This document shows, piece after piece, positions 1-12,664 of a stretch of 64,000 nt of DNA. Below the pieces are notes generated by a model that was not told the origin of the DNA, made no database searches, and worked only from the letters and a program-made list of their open reading frames with translations. The stretch comes from Macrostomum lignano. Lineage: Eukaryota. Made by a program: the position numbers and the translations under genes. Each line of letters begins with the position of its first letter. Position 1 is the stretch's first letter. The DNA lies in NCBI GenBank assembly GCA_002269645.1, contig NIVC01000032.1:682001-746000 (forward strand). Reading direction: 5' to 3'.

Positions 1-3000
1 AAGATAGGTCGGCAACCAGGCAACAAGGCAGCACGAATAGGGCACAATGTACTTTTGAGCGAAGCACATTAGATCGCTGGCAACGCCTGGCTGGCTGGGC
101 AGGCACAGCAGCAGCATGGCGCACAGTATGTGCCCGGCAAAGTACATAGCCGACCAAAACCTCAAAGCGTAGCCCATCTCCAATAGGAAAAACACTCCCT
201 GAGCATAGTTCTGAGCTAGATTGGCGCACAATCCAGTCAGACAGTCGTAAGCCAAGCTGGCACTTCGACTAGTTTGAAAGTGCGGCCGCACTAACCGTCG
301 GACACGTCTGGCCGTGAAGGTGAACACGGCGAAGGTGACAAAGAAGCAATAGTAGCCGGGGTAAAAACCGTGCCACAAGGCAGACAGGGCGAAGGTCAGC
401 AGGGTGGCGTGACGCCCGGGGCTGCGTTCGTACACGAGCTCGCGGAGCCACCTGCGGGATGAGAGAGCGAAATCTCAGCCCGATGAGACACTAACTGATG
501 GAAATCTCATCCCATTGAGACACTAACTGATGGAAATCTCATCCCATTGAGACTCTAACTGATGGAAATCTCATCCCATTGAGACTCTAACTGATGGAAA
601 TCTCATCCCATTGAGACTCTAACTGATGGAAATCTCATCCCATTGAGACACTAACTGATGGAAATCTCATCCCATTGAGACTCTAACTGATGGAAATCTC
701 ATCCCATTGAGACTCTAACTGATGGAAATCTCATCCCATTGAGACACTAACTGATGAAAATCTCATCCCATTGAGACTCTAATTGATGGAAATCTCATCC
801 CATTGAGACTCTAACTGATGGAAATCTCATACCATTGAGACTCTAACTGATGAAAATCTCATCCCATTGAGACTCTAACTGATGGAAATCTCATACCATT
901 GAGACTCTAACTGATGGAAATCTCATACCATTGAGACTCTAACTGATGGAAATCTCATACCATTGAGACTCTAACTGATGGAAATCTCATACCATTGAGA
1001 CTCTAACTGATGGAAATCTCATCCCATTGAGACACTAACTGATGGAAATCTCATCCCATTGAGACTCTAACTGATGGAAATCTCATACCATTGAGACTCT
1101 AACTGATGGAAATCTCATACCATTGAGACACTAACTGATGGAAACCTCATCCCATTGAGACTCTAACTGATGAAAATCTCATCCTATTGAGATACTGACA
1201 TTTGAATATCTCAACTATAAAGTCTCACTTCAATAGATTAAACAACCCAACCCAACAATGCCAGTCCTCACAATGCGGCACTAACCTGGCAGTTGACACA
1301 TTCCAACCGGCCACAACAGCTCGAATACTGGTGCCAATTTCGACGTCTTTGAAAAAGAAGCTTTTAGCCAGATCGTATCGCGGCTTGCCAGTAGACGGAT
1401 CGGTGCCGCTGAAGCCGAAGCCGTGGGCCAGACAGGCCGCCTCAGCCAGGGACCAGGCGAAGTAGTACTTGCAGCGGACCAGAAAGAATGCGCCGCTGAC
1501 GTATAGAATTCGACGAGGCAGACTGAGCTGGGCGAAAGTGTCCGAGACAACCTGAGAAGGTGGGTAGGCTGGTTAAATCTAGTCATTTTCTGTAGCGATT
1601 TTCCCATAAAGCCATAGGATTTTCCTTTGAAGCTTTGGGATTTTTTATTGAAGGTTTGGGGATTCTACAATAAAGCTACGAAATTCCCTATATTAAAGCT
1701 GCGGAATTCCCCATATTAAAGCTGCGGAATTCCCCATATTAAAGCTACGGAATTCCCCATATTAAAGCTACGGAATTCTCCATATTAAAGCTACGGAATT
1801 CCCCATATTAAAGCTACGGAATTCCCCATATTAAAGCTACGGAATTCTCCATATTAAAGCTGCGGAATTCCCCATATTAAAGCTGCGGAATTCCCCATAT
1901 TAAAGCTATGGAATTTCTCATATTAAAGCTACGGAATTCCCCATATTAAAGCTATGGAATTTCTCATATTAAAGCTACGGAATTCTCCATATTAAAGCTA
2001 CGGAATTCCCCATATTAAAGCTACGGAATTCCCCATATTAAAGCTACGGAATTCTCCATATTAAAGCTGCGGAATTCCCCATATTAAAGCTGCGGAATTC
2101 CCCATATTAAAGCTATGGAATTTCCCATATTAAAGCTACGGAATTCCCCATATTAAAGCTACGGAATTCCCCATATTGAAGCTACGGAATTGTCCATATT
2201 AAAGCTACGGAATTCCCCATATCAAAGCTACGGAATTCCCCATATTAAAGCTACGGAATTCCCCATATTAAAGCTACGGAATTCCCCATATTAAAGCTAC
2301 GGAATTCCCCATATTAAAGCTACGGAATTCCCCATATTAAAGCTACGGAATTCTCCATATTAAAGCTACGGAATTCCCCATATTAAAGCTACGGAATTCC
2401 CCATATTAAAGCTACGGAATTCTGCATATTAAAGCTGCGGAATTCCCCATATTAAAGCTGCGGAATTCCCCATATTAAAGCTATGGAATTTCCCATATTA
2501 AAGCTACGGAATTCCCCATATTAAAGCTACGGAATTCCCCATATTAAAGCTACGGAATTCTCCATATTAAAGCTACGGAATTCCCCATATTAAAGCTACG
2601 GAATTCCCCATATTAAAGCTACGGAATTCTTCATATTAAAGCTGCGGAATTCCCCATATTAAAGCTGCGGAATTCCCCATATTAAAGCTATGGAATTTCC
2701 CATATTAAAGCTACGGAATTCTCCATATTAAAGCTACGGAATTCCCCATATTAAAGCTACGGAATTCCCCATATTAAAGCTACGGAATTCTCCATATTAA
2801 AGCTGCGGAATTCCCCATATTAAAGCTGCGGAATTCCCCATATTAAAGCTATGGAATTTCCCATATTAAAGCTACGGAATTCCCCATATTAAAGCTACGG
2901 AATTTCCCATATTGAAGCTACGGAATTGTCCATATTAAAGCTACGGAATTTCCCATATTAAAGCTACGGAATTCCCCATATTAAAGCTGCGGAATTCCCC

Positions 3001-5905
3001 ATATTAAAGCTACGGAATTGTCCATATTAAAGCTACGGAATTCCCCATATCAAAGCTACGGAATTCTCCATATTAAAGCTGCGGAATTCCCCATATTAAA
3101 GCTGCGGAATTCCCCATATTAAAGCTATGGAATTTCCCATATTAAAGCTACGGAATTCTCCATATTAAAGCTGCGGAATTCCCCATATTAAAGCTGCGGA
3201 ATTCCCCATATTAAAGCTATGGAATTTCCCATATTAAAGCTACGGAATTCCCCATATTAAAGCTACGGAATTTCCCATATTGAAGCTACGGAATTGTCCA
3301 TATTAAAGCTACGGAATTCCCCATATCAAAGCTACGGAATTCCCCATATTAAAGCTACGGAATTCCCCATATTAAAGCTACGGAATTCCCCATATTAAAG
3401 CTACGGAATTCCCCATATTAAAGCTACGGAATTCCCCATATTAAAGCTACGGAATTCTCCATATTAAAGCTACGGAATTCCCCATATTAAAGCTACGGAA
3501 TTCCCCATATTAAAGCTACGGAATTCTGCATATTAAAGCTGCGGAATTCCCCATATTAAAGCTGCGGAATTCCCCATATTAAAGCTATGGAATTTCCCAT
3601 ATTAAAGCTACGGAATTCCCCATATTAAAGCTACGGAATTCCCCATATTAAAGCTACGGAATTCTCCATATTAAAGCTACGGAATTCCCCATATTAAAGC
3701 TACGGAATTCCCCATATTAAAGCTACGGAATTCTTCATATTAAAGCTGCGGAATTCCCCATATTAAAGCTGCGGAATTCCCCATATTAAAGCTATGGAAT
3801 TTCCCATATTAAAGCTACGGAATTCTCCATATTAAAGCTACGGAATTCCCCATATTAAAGCTACGGAATTCCCCATATTAAAGCTACGGAATTCTCCATA
3901 TTAAAGCTGCGGAATTCCCCATATTAAAGCTGCGGAATTCCCCATATTAAAGCTATGGAATTTCCCATATTAAAGCTACGGAATTCCCCATATTAAAGCT
4001 ACGGAATTTCCCATATTGAAGCTACGGAATTGTCCATATTAAAGCTACGGAATTTCCCATATTAAAGCTACGGAATTCCCCATATTAAAGCTGCGGAATT
4101 CCCCATATTAAAGCTACGGAATTCCCCATATTAAAGCTGCGGAATTCCCCATATTAAAGCTACGGAATTCCCCATATTAAAGCTACGGAATTCCCCATAT
4201 TAAAGCTGCGGAATTCCCCATATTAAAGCTACGGAATTCCCCATATTAAAGCTACAGAATTTCCAAAATAAAAACTACGGAATTCCCCATAATCTGGCTA
4301 CGGAATTTCCCAAACCAAACCAATCAAAGCAAATTACACTTACCCAATAGTAAGGCAGCATCGGTCCCAGTCCCAGCACCAGAAAGGAGTACAGACCTGT
4401 ACAAGCCAACGCTCTGAGCACAGCTCTATTCAAATACTGCTTATCCTCATTGCTGTTAGTATGAGCTGTGAAATGAGCAATAAAGTCCGAATAGAACACG
4501 TGAGGCCCAGCCATCAGCGTTGGCAAATAGTAGGAATAAGCCAGATAGTCCAATACGGATGGCAATTCGTCCACCCGATGGCACCAGCGAGACTCGCTGC
4601 CCCGGAGGCGGCCGCGCTTTGCCAAATGCCCGTCGTGCAGGGCCAGAGCCAGGCTGCTAAGTTTCTGAGTCAGAATCATTAAAGGGCCGGTGATGTCCAT
4701 TGTGTAGCCGCCGTAGTCGTTGTATAATCGGTAGACATGATTCGCGCTTAGGTAGGCTAGGGACCAGGCTACCGATAGCCAGGCCGGTAGGGAGCTGTCG
4801 CTAACTGGTAGGCAATACATCAGGCAGTAGGCTACCGATGCCTGCGAGTGAGGGGTGTTGGGGAACAATTATTAAACTGTGAAAAATATTATTTCTTAGA
4901 GATAACATACTTCAACAGTAAATTATAGCTAAGCGCTGACATTGTTTTTAAGGAAACAGCTGATGAGTGACAGTTGAGGAGTGACAGTTGAGGAGTGACA
5001 GTTGAGGAGTGACAGTTGAGGAGTGACAGTTGAGGAGTGACAGTTGAGGAGTGACAGTTAAAGAGTGAGTTGAGTAGTGACAGTTGAAGTGACAGTTGAG
5101 GAGTGACAGTTGAAGTGACAGTTGAGGAGTGACAGTTGAGGAGTTACAGTTGAGGAGTGACAGTTAAGGAGTGACAGTTGAAGTGACAGTTGAAGTGAAA
5201 GTTGGGGAGTGACAGTTGAGTGACGGTTGAGGAGTGACAACTGAGGAGTGCCAGTTAAGGAGTGACAGTTGAGGAGTGACAGTTAAAGAGTGAGTTGAGT
5301 AGTGACAGTTGAAGTGACAGTTGAGGAGTGATAGTTGAAGAGTGAGTTGAGTAGTGACAGTTGAGGAGTGACAGTTAAAGAGTGACTTGAGTAGTGACAG
5401 CTGAGGAGTGCCAGTTAAGGAGTGAGTTAAGTAGTGAAAGTTGGGGAGGGACAGTTGAGTGACGGTTGAGGAGTGACAACTGAGGAGTGACAGTTAAGGA
5501 GTGAGTTGAGTAGTGAAAATTGATGAGTGGTGGCAGTTGGTAAGTGAAACTTGATGAGTGCCATTAGAGGGTTGACAGTTTTATGGTATGACTTGAGAAT
5601 TGATAGTTTAAAAGTGAAATTCGCTAAAGGAAATGTTAAAGCAATCCAAACTAACTCACCTGAACCATCATATGAACCGACTGCAGTCCGAAGCAGAACC
5701 ACAGCAGCCAGACCCCGGCGCCAATGTGGACCCATCGCAGTAAGTTCGATCCGCAACGAGCCCTGCGCAGTGCGATGCCAATCAATAAGGCCGCCAGCTG
5801 AGCAGCAATAAAGTTCATCTTGTCCAGACTGAGACCAGCCGCTGTGGACAGGCCAGCTAGGACGCGACTGCCTTCGTAGCTCTGCGCATTTGATGCTAGC
5901 GGCAT
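1..5905 (-). CDS. MBOAT-family lysophospholipid acyltransferase (MBOAT1/2, oysgedart-like); 3' end runs off the window
   Basis: Exons 5905-5660 (phase 0), 4841-4344 (0), 1551-1286 (2) and 451 to <1, all GT-AG with matching phases. Motifs: MDITGPLMILTQKLSSLA, YLAYSYYLPTLMAGP, RCKYYFAWSLAE, WNVSTARWLRELVYER and SALWHGFYPGYY (catalytic His codon 372-370). The frame stays open to base 1. Confidence 0.93.
485..1196. repeat. 32-bp minisatellite (GAGACTCTAACTGATGGAAATCTCATCCCATT), ~22 copies, MBOAT intron 3
   Basis: Period of 32 read directly from the sequence. Confidence 0.95.
1672..4260. repeat. 23-bp minisatellite (AAAGCTACGGAATTCCCCATATT), ~112 copies, MBOAT intron 2
   Basis: Unit starts at 1695 and 1718 give a period of 23; each unit contains the GGAATTCC palindrome. 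Confidence 0.97.
4964..5520. repeat. 14-bp degenerate minisatellite (GTTGAGGAGTGACA), MBOAT intron 1
   Basis: Perfect copies at 4975-5055 that decay to the right. It explains the low-complexity ORFs at 5058-5240 and 5427-5756. Confidence 0.9.
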
Positions 5906-5950
5906 GGCTGAGCTGAAAGAGGAAGCGGGATTTGAGTGGATTAACTAGAA

Positions 5951-6715
5951 AGGCTCATTCACTCCCAGTGAGAGAGTGACAAAGAGGCTCATTCACTCCC
6001 AGTGAGAGAGTGACAAAGAGGCTCATTCACTCCCAGTGAGAGAGTGACAAAGAGGCTCATTCACTCCCAGTGAGAGAGTGACAAAGAGGCTCATTCACTC
6101 CCAGTGAGAGAGTGACAAAGAGGCTCATTCACTCCCAGTGAGAGAGTGACAAAGAGGCTCATTCACTCCCAGTGAGAGAGTGACAAAGAGGCTCATTCAC
6201 TCCCATTGAGAGAGTGACAAAGAGGCTCATTCACTCCCAGTGAGAGAGTGACAAAGAGGCTCATTCACTCCCAGTGAGAGAGTGACAAAGAGGCTCATTC
6301 ACTCCCATTGAGAGAGTGACAAAGAGGCCCATTCACTCCCATTGAGAGAGTGACAAAGAGGCTCATTCACTCCCAGTGAGAGAGTGACAAAGAGGCTCAT
6401 TCACTCCCAGTGAGAGAGTGACAAAGAGGCTCATTCACTCCCAGTGAGAGAGTGACAAAGAGGCTCATTCACTCCCATTGAGAGAGTGACAAAGAGGCTC
6501 ATTCACTCCCAGTGAGAGAGTGACAAAGAGGCTCATTCACTCCCAGTGAGAGAGTGACAAAGAGGCTCATTCACTCCCAGTGAGAGAGTGACAAAGAGGC
6601 TCATTCACTCCCAGTGAGAGTGACAAAGAGGCTCAGTCACTCCCAGTGAGAGAGTGACAGAGGCTCATCCACTCCCAATGAGAGTGAAAAAAAGTCATTC
6701 ACTCCTAATGAGAGT
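5951..6715. repeat. 34-bp minisatellite (AGGCTCATTCACTCCCAGTGAGAGAGTGACAAAG), ~22 copies, upstream of the MBOAT ATG
   Basis: Unit starts at 5951 and 5985. Confidence 0.95.
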
Positions 6716-7215
6716 CCAGAGTGGCAGCAGCTTTTTACTCTCAATCTAAGAAGCTATTTCATAAAAATAAAACGTAACCTAAAGTTAACTTTTTACAAAA
6801 AACTATTAGAAAAATGAGAAAACAGAGTACTCTTTTTAGTACTCTCGTATATTGGATGAGGACGAGGTAACGCACAACGTCCGTGTCTGGCCAATGATAT
6901 CTATTCTCCACTGATCAATTCAATGGGTTTTCGTTATGAGGGCAAATTTAATAGCTTAAATTTAAGGCAATTTATAATATATTCTAAAGCACGCAAGCAG
7001 GAGGCCGAGTCCTGTATTACTGCGGGATAATTACTTTTGTTTTGACACAAAGGTTAAAAAAAACATAAAATATCCTCTATATCCTAAATATAAATGCATG
7101 CATGGATAATAGGTAAGTATTAAGTAGTATGTATTTTAGCATTATTTATTTACTCTGCTACGGGGGTACGTGTGATAAGTTAGCTTAGATAGATAAGCTG
7201 TCTGTTTTAACCGTT

Positions 7216-8118
7216 TTAACCATTAATAATCTATGGGATAGTATAGATTAGCAATCCATTCTAACCATTAATAATCTACGGGATAGTATAGATTAGCAAT
7301 CCATTCTAACCATTAATAATCTACGGGATAGTATAGATTAGCAATCCATTCTAACCATTAATAATCTACGGGATAGTATAGATTAGCAATCCATTCTAAC
7401 CATTAATAATCTACGGGACAGTATAGATTAGCAATCCATTCTAACCATTATTAATCTATGGGATAGTATAGATTAGCAATCCATTCTAACCATTAATAAT
7501 CTATGGGATAGTATAGATTAGCAATCCATTCTAACCATTAATAATCTACGGGATAGTATAGATTAGCAATCCATTCTAACCATTAATAATCTATGGGATA
7601 GTATAGATTAGCAATCCATTCTAACCATTAATAATCTATGGGATAGTATAGATTAGCAATCCATTCTAACCATTAATAATCTACGGGATAGTATAGATTA
7701 GCAATCCATTCTAACCATTAATAATCTATGGGATAGTATAGATTAGCAATCCATTCTAGCCATTAATAATCTATGGGATAGTATAGATTAGCAATCCATT
7801 CTAACCATTAATAATCTATGGGATAGTATAGATTAGCAATCCATTCTAACCATTAATAATATATGGGATAGTATAGATTAGCAATCCATTCTAACCATTA
7901 TTAATCTATGGGATAGTATAGATTAGCAATCCATTCTAACCATTAATAATCCATGGGCTAGTATAGATTAGCAATCCATTCTAACCATTAATAATCTATG
8001 GGATAGTATAGATTAGCAATCCATTCTAACCATTAATAATCTATGGGATAGTATAGATTAGCAATCCATTCTAACCATTAATAATCTATGGGATAGAAGA
8101 TTAGCAATCCAATCTAAC
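7216..8118. repeat. 45-bp minisatellite (CTAACCATTAATAATCTAYGGGATAGTATAGATTAGCAATCCATT), ~20 copies
   Basis: Unit starts at 7261 and 7306; each unit has an internal TAATCTAT/ATAGATTA inverted repeat. Confidence 0.95.
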
Positions 8119-8602
8119 TCACTAATCATTAAACTTTATGTTAACACAAATTTGTTAATTCCAGTTTAAAATTTGAAATGATAGTCTTAATAAATCTTTG
8201 GAAATCTCATTAGGTTTTATTCGAGAACATTCAAAGAAAACATCAATCTACGAGTACATACAAGTATATAAAAGTACAGTGAACACAAACTATTACACAC
8301 ATAGGAATGATCAGATTATCATGCCTCTCACCTTACCTTATAGAACACTAGGTCCTAAGATCGGGTTTCATGCATATTTAATAGACCCGATGCACTACCT
8401 AGACTAGAAGTTGAGACGATTTAGATATCTATAAATACGTGTAGGAGTGTAATAGTAACTGCAGAAGCTTAGGTACGGAATACTTAAAAAGATGCACCAA
8501 TCTTATGCATCATTAATTAACACACAAATTCACAATGCATACCAAATCACCTTATGTACATGCCTTGTTAGTGCTCTATGTACTTTCTTTTACTGTACCC
8601 TT

Positions 8603-8800
8603 TGAAATCTTGGCTTAGCTCTGCTCGTGCAATTAACGCCAACCCTAAAGGCACAGTGAAGTTTACATGCCTAACGATAAATAAAGTTAGGGGCGCAGTA
8701 CACTCCTGGTGAGTGCCTGCTCAGAGGAGTCGGCGGAATGGGCAGTGATGCCTCTCGACGGTTGTGTGACAATGTCGCTGCCAGTGTGATAAAAAAACTG
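8603..8800 (+). mobile_element. 5'-truncated copy of SINE family 1
   Basis: Shares GCTCTGCTCGTGCAATTAACG, CAGTGAAGT.TACATGCCTAACGATAAA and GCCTGCTCAGAGGAGTC.GCGGAATGGGCAGT with 42702-43066, and ends in an A-run. Confidence 0.75.
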
Positions 8801-8934
8801 TATTTTGCCAATGTCAGAAACTGGCAGTACTTCACTTGTCAGAGAAAGCATCGTTAAACCCAAGGGGAATTTGGCTAGGAAACTCTAGTCTGTTTGCCTG
8901 TCTATCGAAAATTTGATTACTTCTAGCAGATAAT

Positions 8935-11900
8935 ATGCGCGCTGGTCAGTCAGTAAGCAAGCAAGCAAGTGTGCCACCCTTGCCTTTCTCTCCGTGGCCA
9001 TGTAGTCCTTTTTAAAGTAACTCTACCAGTCCCAGTAAATTGGTAGAATGCTGTTTTTTCCGATAGTACAGTTGGGAAATATGCTCAACACAAAACTTTC
9101 CTTCTCGATGTAATAATACGAGTACATTGCTCTGGTAGATCCCCGAACGAGAACAAAAATTGATAAAACTTTCAGTTCTACTACTGAGCCAGTACAGACT
9201 ACAGCTAGTGACAGCATCTGACCCTGAAGGAGAATCGTGCGAAAGTAAGCGAACTTATATTTATTAATTAAGAAATAATTTTCAACTTTTATAATTCAGT
9301 ATTGTCTGACCTAATCACTTGGCTTTTACGGTAGTAGTAATGAAAACTTCGTGAAAAAATGGTCGTTTAAAGAACTAGCTTGACATTTTACAGATTGAAG
9401 CTTGACCTTTCACAGATTGCGAAGTGACCTTCACAGATTGAAGCTTGACCTTTCACAGATTGCAAATTGACCTTCACAGATTGAAGCTTGACCTTCACAG
9501 ATTGAAGCTTGACCTTTCACAGATTGCGAAGTGACCTTCACAGATTGAAGCTTGACCTTTCACAGATTGCAAATTGACCTTTACAGATTGAAGCTTGACC
9601 TTTCACAGATTGCAAAGTGACCTTCACAGATTGAAGCTTGACCTTTCACAGATTGCAAATTGACTTTCACAGATTGAAGCTTGACCTTTCACAGATTGCA
9701 AAGTGACCTTCACAGATTGAAGCTTGACCTTTCACAGATTGCAAAGTGACCTTCACAGATTGAAGCTTGACCTTTCACAGATTGCAAATTGACCTTCACA
9801 GATTGAAGCTTGACCTTTCACAGATTGCAAATTGACCTTCACAGATTGAAGCTTGACCTTTCACAGATTGCAAAGTGACCTTCACAGATTTAAGCTTGAC
9901 CTTTCACAGATTGCAAATTGACCTTCACAGATTGCGGCTTGACCCTTCACAGATTAAAGCTCGACCCTTCACAGACTGCAACTTGACCTTTCACGGAGCA
10001 GAGCTTTACCTTCCAGAGCACAGCTTGACCTTTCACAGAGCACAGCTTGACCTTTCACAGAGCACAGTTTGACCTTCCATAGAGCACAGATTGACCTTTC
10101 ACAGTTTACAGCTAGAACTTTCACAGATTGCAGCTTGACCTTCCAATACCCCGCAGAGAAGATCATCAGCTGCATCCAGTGTAGCACAGACTCCGGAGAT
10201 GCGGGATCAACGCTGTGCAACGATCCATTTGACTCTAGAATACAGAAAGAATTTAAACGAATATACGACTTAAGTCCGGTTACTAAGAAAACGGTTGTCA
10301 TGTACAACATTAGCACAGTACTGTGCGATGGATTCTGTGTCAAATGGGTTAAAGCTACAGCAACTGGTAAGGGAAGTTTTGGTTGTCAATATGTGCTGGA
10401 AAAGTTAAAAAACGGATTAAAAAATGGGACTAGGCCATAGACATCATGCAAATCAGATTATTAACTACACCATTTACCAGGTACCTCCTATTTTGAACAA
10501 AGTCTTGTGAATTGAACAGAACTTCAATTCAAACACTTTAAGAAAAATCAGCGCTTGCGGAAATTCAATTCAAACAAAGTCCCTTTCTATTGAAACAGAA
10601 GAACTTCAATTCAGACTGTCTGTGGCCAAAACTGTCCCCCGAGTGACGCGCATGCGCAAATTTGAAATTCAAAAGAAACAAAGTCACATTCTATTTCGAC
10701 AGAGATTTTTGCACATAGATACATTTTTATTACATTAATCTAATTTTTTTTTTCTGCACTGCATAACTGTACAAGCGCAACAAGAAATGATATGAATGCT
10801 GAAGATCAGATTGAAGAAGACGATGAATTGCTTGAAGAAAAAGGAATCGATGAGTTTCCAGTCTCGCGTTGTTATGTTGTCATCGACAACGTAAGTTCTC
10901 ACAATGACGCCGAAGACTACGAGATTCCGGACACCATTCAGGTCAAGCGGCTTCCACCATACAGTCCGTTTTTGACTCCTGTGGAGAACTCAATCTCCTG
11001 TTGGAAGGCTGCTCTGAAGAGAGAACTGGCAGCAGACCAGCAAAAGTTCATCGCTCCGACAGCTGAGCAGCGCGGGAATCAGTCGATGGCGACCTATCGG
11101 CGAGACATTCTGTACAACATCATGTTGGACAGAACCATTGGCTGCATCTCTGCGGACAAGTGCACTAAGTGGTTCAATCATGTGTTTACATACGTCCCTC
11201 GCTGCCTTGGTGGACAGGCAATTGATGGTTAGGTGTGGCCAACTGACACTGTCTTGTTCCTGTTTTTCATTTTACTCTTATTGTTTGTCGATCTGTTGTC
11301 TTTATCTCTTGAGTCTCTGTCGAAATAGAATGTGACTTTGTTTCTTTTGAATTTCAAATCTGCGCATGCACGTCACTCGGGGACAGTTTTGACCACAGAC
11401 AGTCTGAATTGAAGTTCTTCTGTTTCAATAGAAAGGGACTTTGTTTGAATTGAATTTCCGCAAGCGCTGATTTTTCTTAAAGTGTTTGAATTGAATTTCT
11501 GTTTGTAAAATGGAGGTAAAAGGAGGTAAGGAGGTAAAATGGTGTATCAACTTCCATTGACAGAAGCGATAATTACCGTCACGCAACACAAAGAGCTTCA
11601 CACTTCACAGACGATTTAACGCATGTACACATGAATGTCAAAGAAACAGACAGCGAGGGGTTTTAAGCTTGGGGTAGAGGCAGAGTTAGAAGATGCCAAG
11701 AGGGAAGATGACTATTTAAAAATGAAAAGCCAACAGAACTCTCTGTCATAACCTTGTTAAGTGCCCCCTATTATAAATAAAACAAAAACAATTTTTCAGG
11801 TCATTTGCTAAGCATATTGCGCACCTGTTCAAACAATTTGGAAATGCGATTTTCACAAACAGCATCTGTCTGTATTTTTGAATCGCGAACAGGCAAAGGT

Positions 11901-12023
11901 CAGATGTGCTTCTGCCGGGAGGCGCTGTGCAACGGAGGCTGGCGACAAGCAAGTAACCAAGGAAACAGGCTAATGTTTGCGTTTGTAGCAACAGCGGTTA
12001 CTATGACAACAACAGTGCTTTAA
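8935..12023 (+). CDS. Quiver/sleepless-like Ly6/uPAR three-finger protein, predicted secreted and GPI-anchored
   Basis: Confident exons 10157-10366 (phase 1-1) and 11800-12023 (stop TAA). Tentative upstream exons 9176-9244 and 8935-8944 supply a signal-peptide-like start (MRAVLLLSQYRLQLVTA). Ten Cys: ISCIQC..LCNDPF..LCDGFCVKW..RTC..VC..MCFCREALCN, followed by a hydrophobic tail (LMFAFVATAVTMTTTVL). Confidence 0.85.
9378..10142. repeat. Alternating 22/21-bp minisatellite (TGACCTTTCACAGATTGCAAAG / TGACCTTCACAGATTGAAGCT), a ~43-bp dimer, in a Ly6-gene intron
   Basis: Read directly; the array decays toward the acceptor at 10156. Confidence 0.92.
10468..11544 (+). mobile_element. Internally deleted IS630/Tc1/mariner-superfamily DNA transposon with long TIRs
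   Basis: TA at 10466-10467 and 11545-11546. Termini CACCATTT(T)ACC. Inverted repeats of ~240 bp (core 10516-10705 vs 11315-11503). ORF 10792-11232 encodes the C-terminal catalytic half only: VIDNVSSH...LPPYSPFLTPVE...WFNHVFTYVPRCL. Confidence 0.88.
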
Positions 12024-12239
12024 TGTTGATAAGACCTCGAGTAAAAGTAGAAAGTTACAAGTTACTCAAAATTTAATATATTCTGACCAAAAATAACTTT
12101 TTGATTGATGCTTCAGCCCGAAAGTAAAGCTTGACCACTTTACAGAGTAGAGCTTGACCCCTGGCGGCTTGAAGGAATGTCTTTCTTGTCTCAGAAATGA
12201 AATATTGGCTGAGACATGGATTATTGCACAACCTAATAA

Positions 12240-12664
12240 AGAAATTATTGCATTAGCAGAGGAAATATTTGCACTAGCTACTTGCTGTCTGGTGGATGCT
12301 TGCTATTGTATCTGTGGAGTGCTTACTATTGTATTGGGGGTGCTTACTATCGGGGGATGCTTGCTCTTGAGGGGGGAGGGTACTTGCTATTTGGGAGGGG
12401 GGTACTAGCTACATGTATCTATGAAATTCTTTCTATCCAGGGACACTTGTTATTTAGGTATTCTTGCTATCTGCAGGATGCTTGCTATCTGAATCATGAA
12501 TCTCTATCTATATCTTAGTCTATGACAATTTTACATGAAAAAATGTGATTATTAAAACTGAAGAACAAATTGGTTCTTAAGAAAATGTTCTTTTTAAATT
12601 GTTTTATAAGAATAATTTTTGCTCCTTGCTTACTGGGCGCCTCAAAGGGGCACTAGATTGCTAG
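12240..12664 (+). mobile_element. Solo 3' end of the Helitron family found at 23253-35166
   Basis: GCACTAGCTACTT..TGTCTGGTGGATGCTTGCTA matches ~27508. It carries degenerate GATGCTTGCTATCTGGGG units, an imperfect hairpin GCCTCAAAGGGGC, and ends GATTGCTAG|T at 12664. Confidence 0.7.

Noticed and set aside
485-8118. Regular arrays resembling CRISPR
   Set aside because: No unique spacers, no cas genes, eukaryotic intron context.
9023-9217. 64-aa minus-strand ORF with an upstream acceptor-like site
   Set aside because: No recognisable motif; the plus strand here fits the Ly6 signal-peptide exon better.
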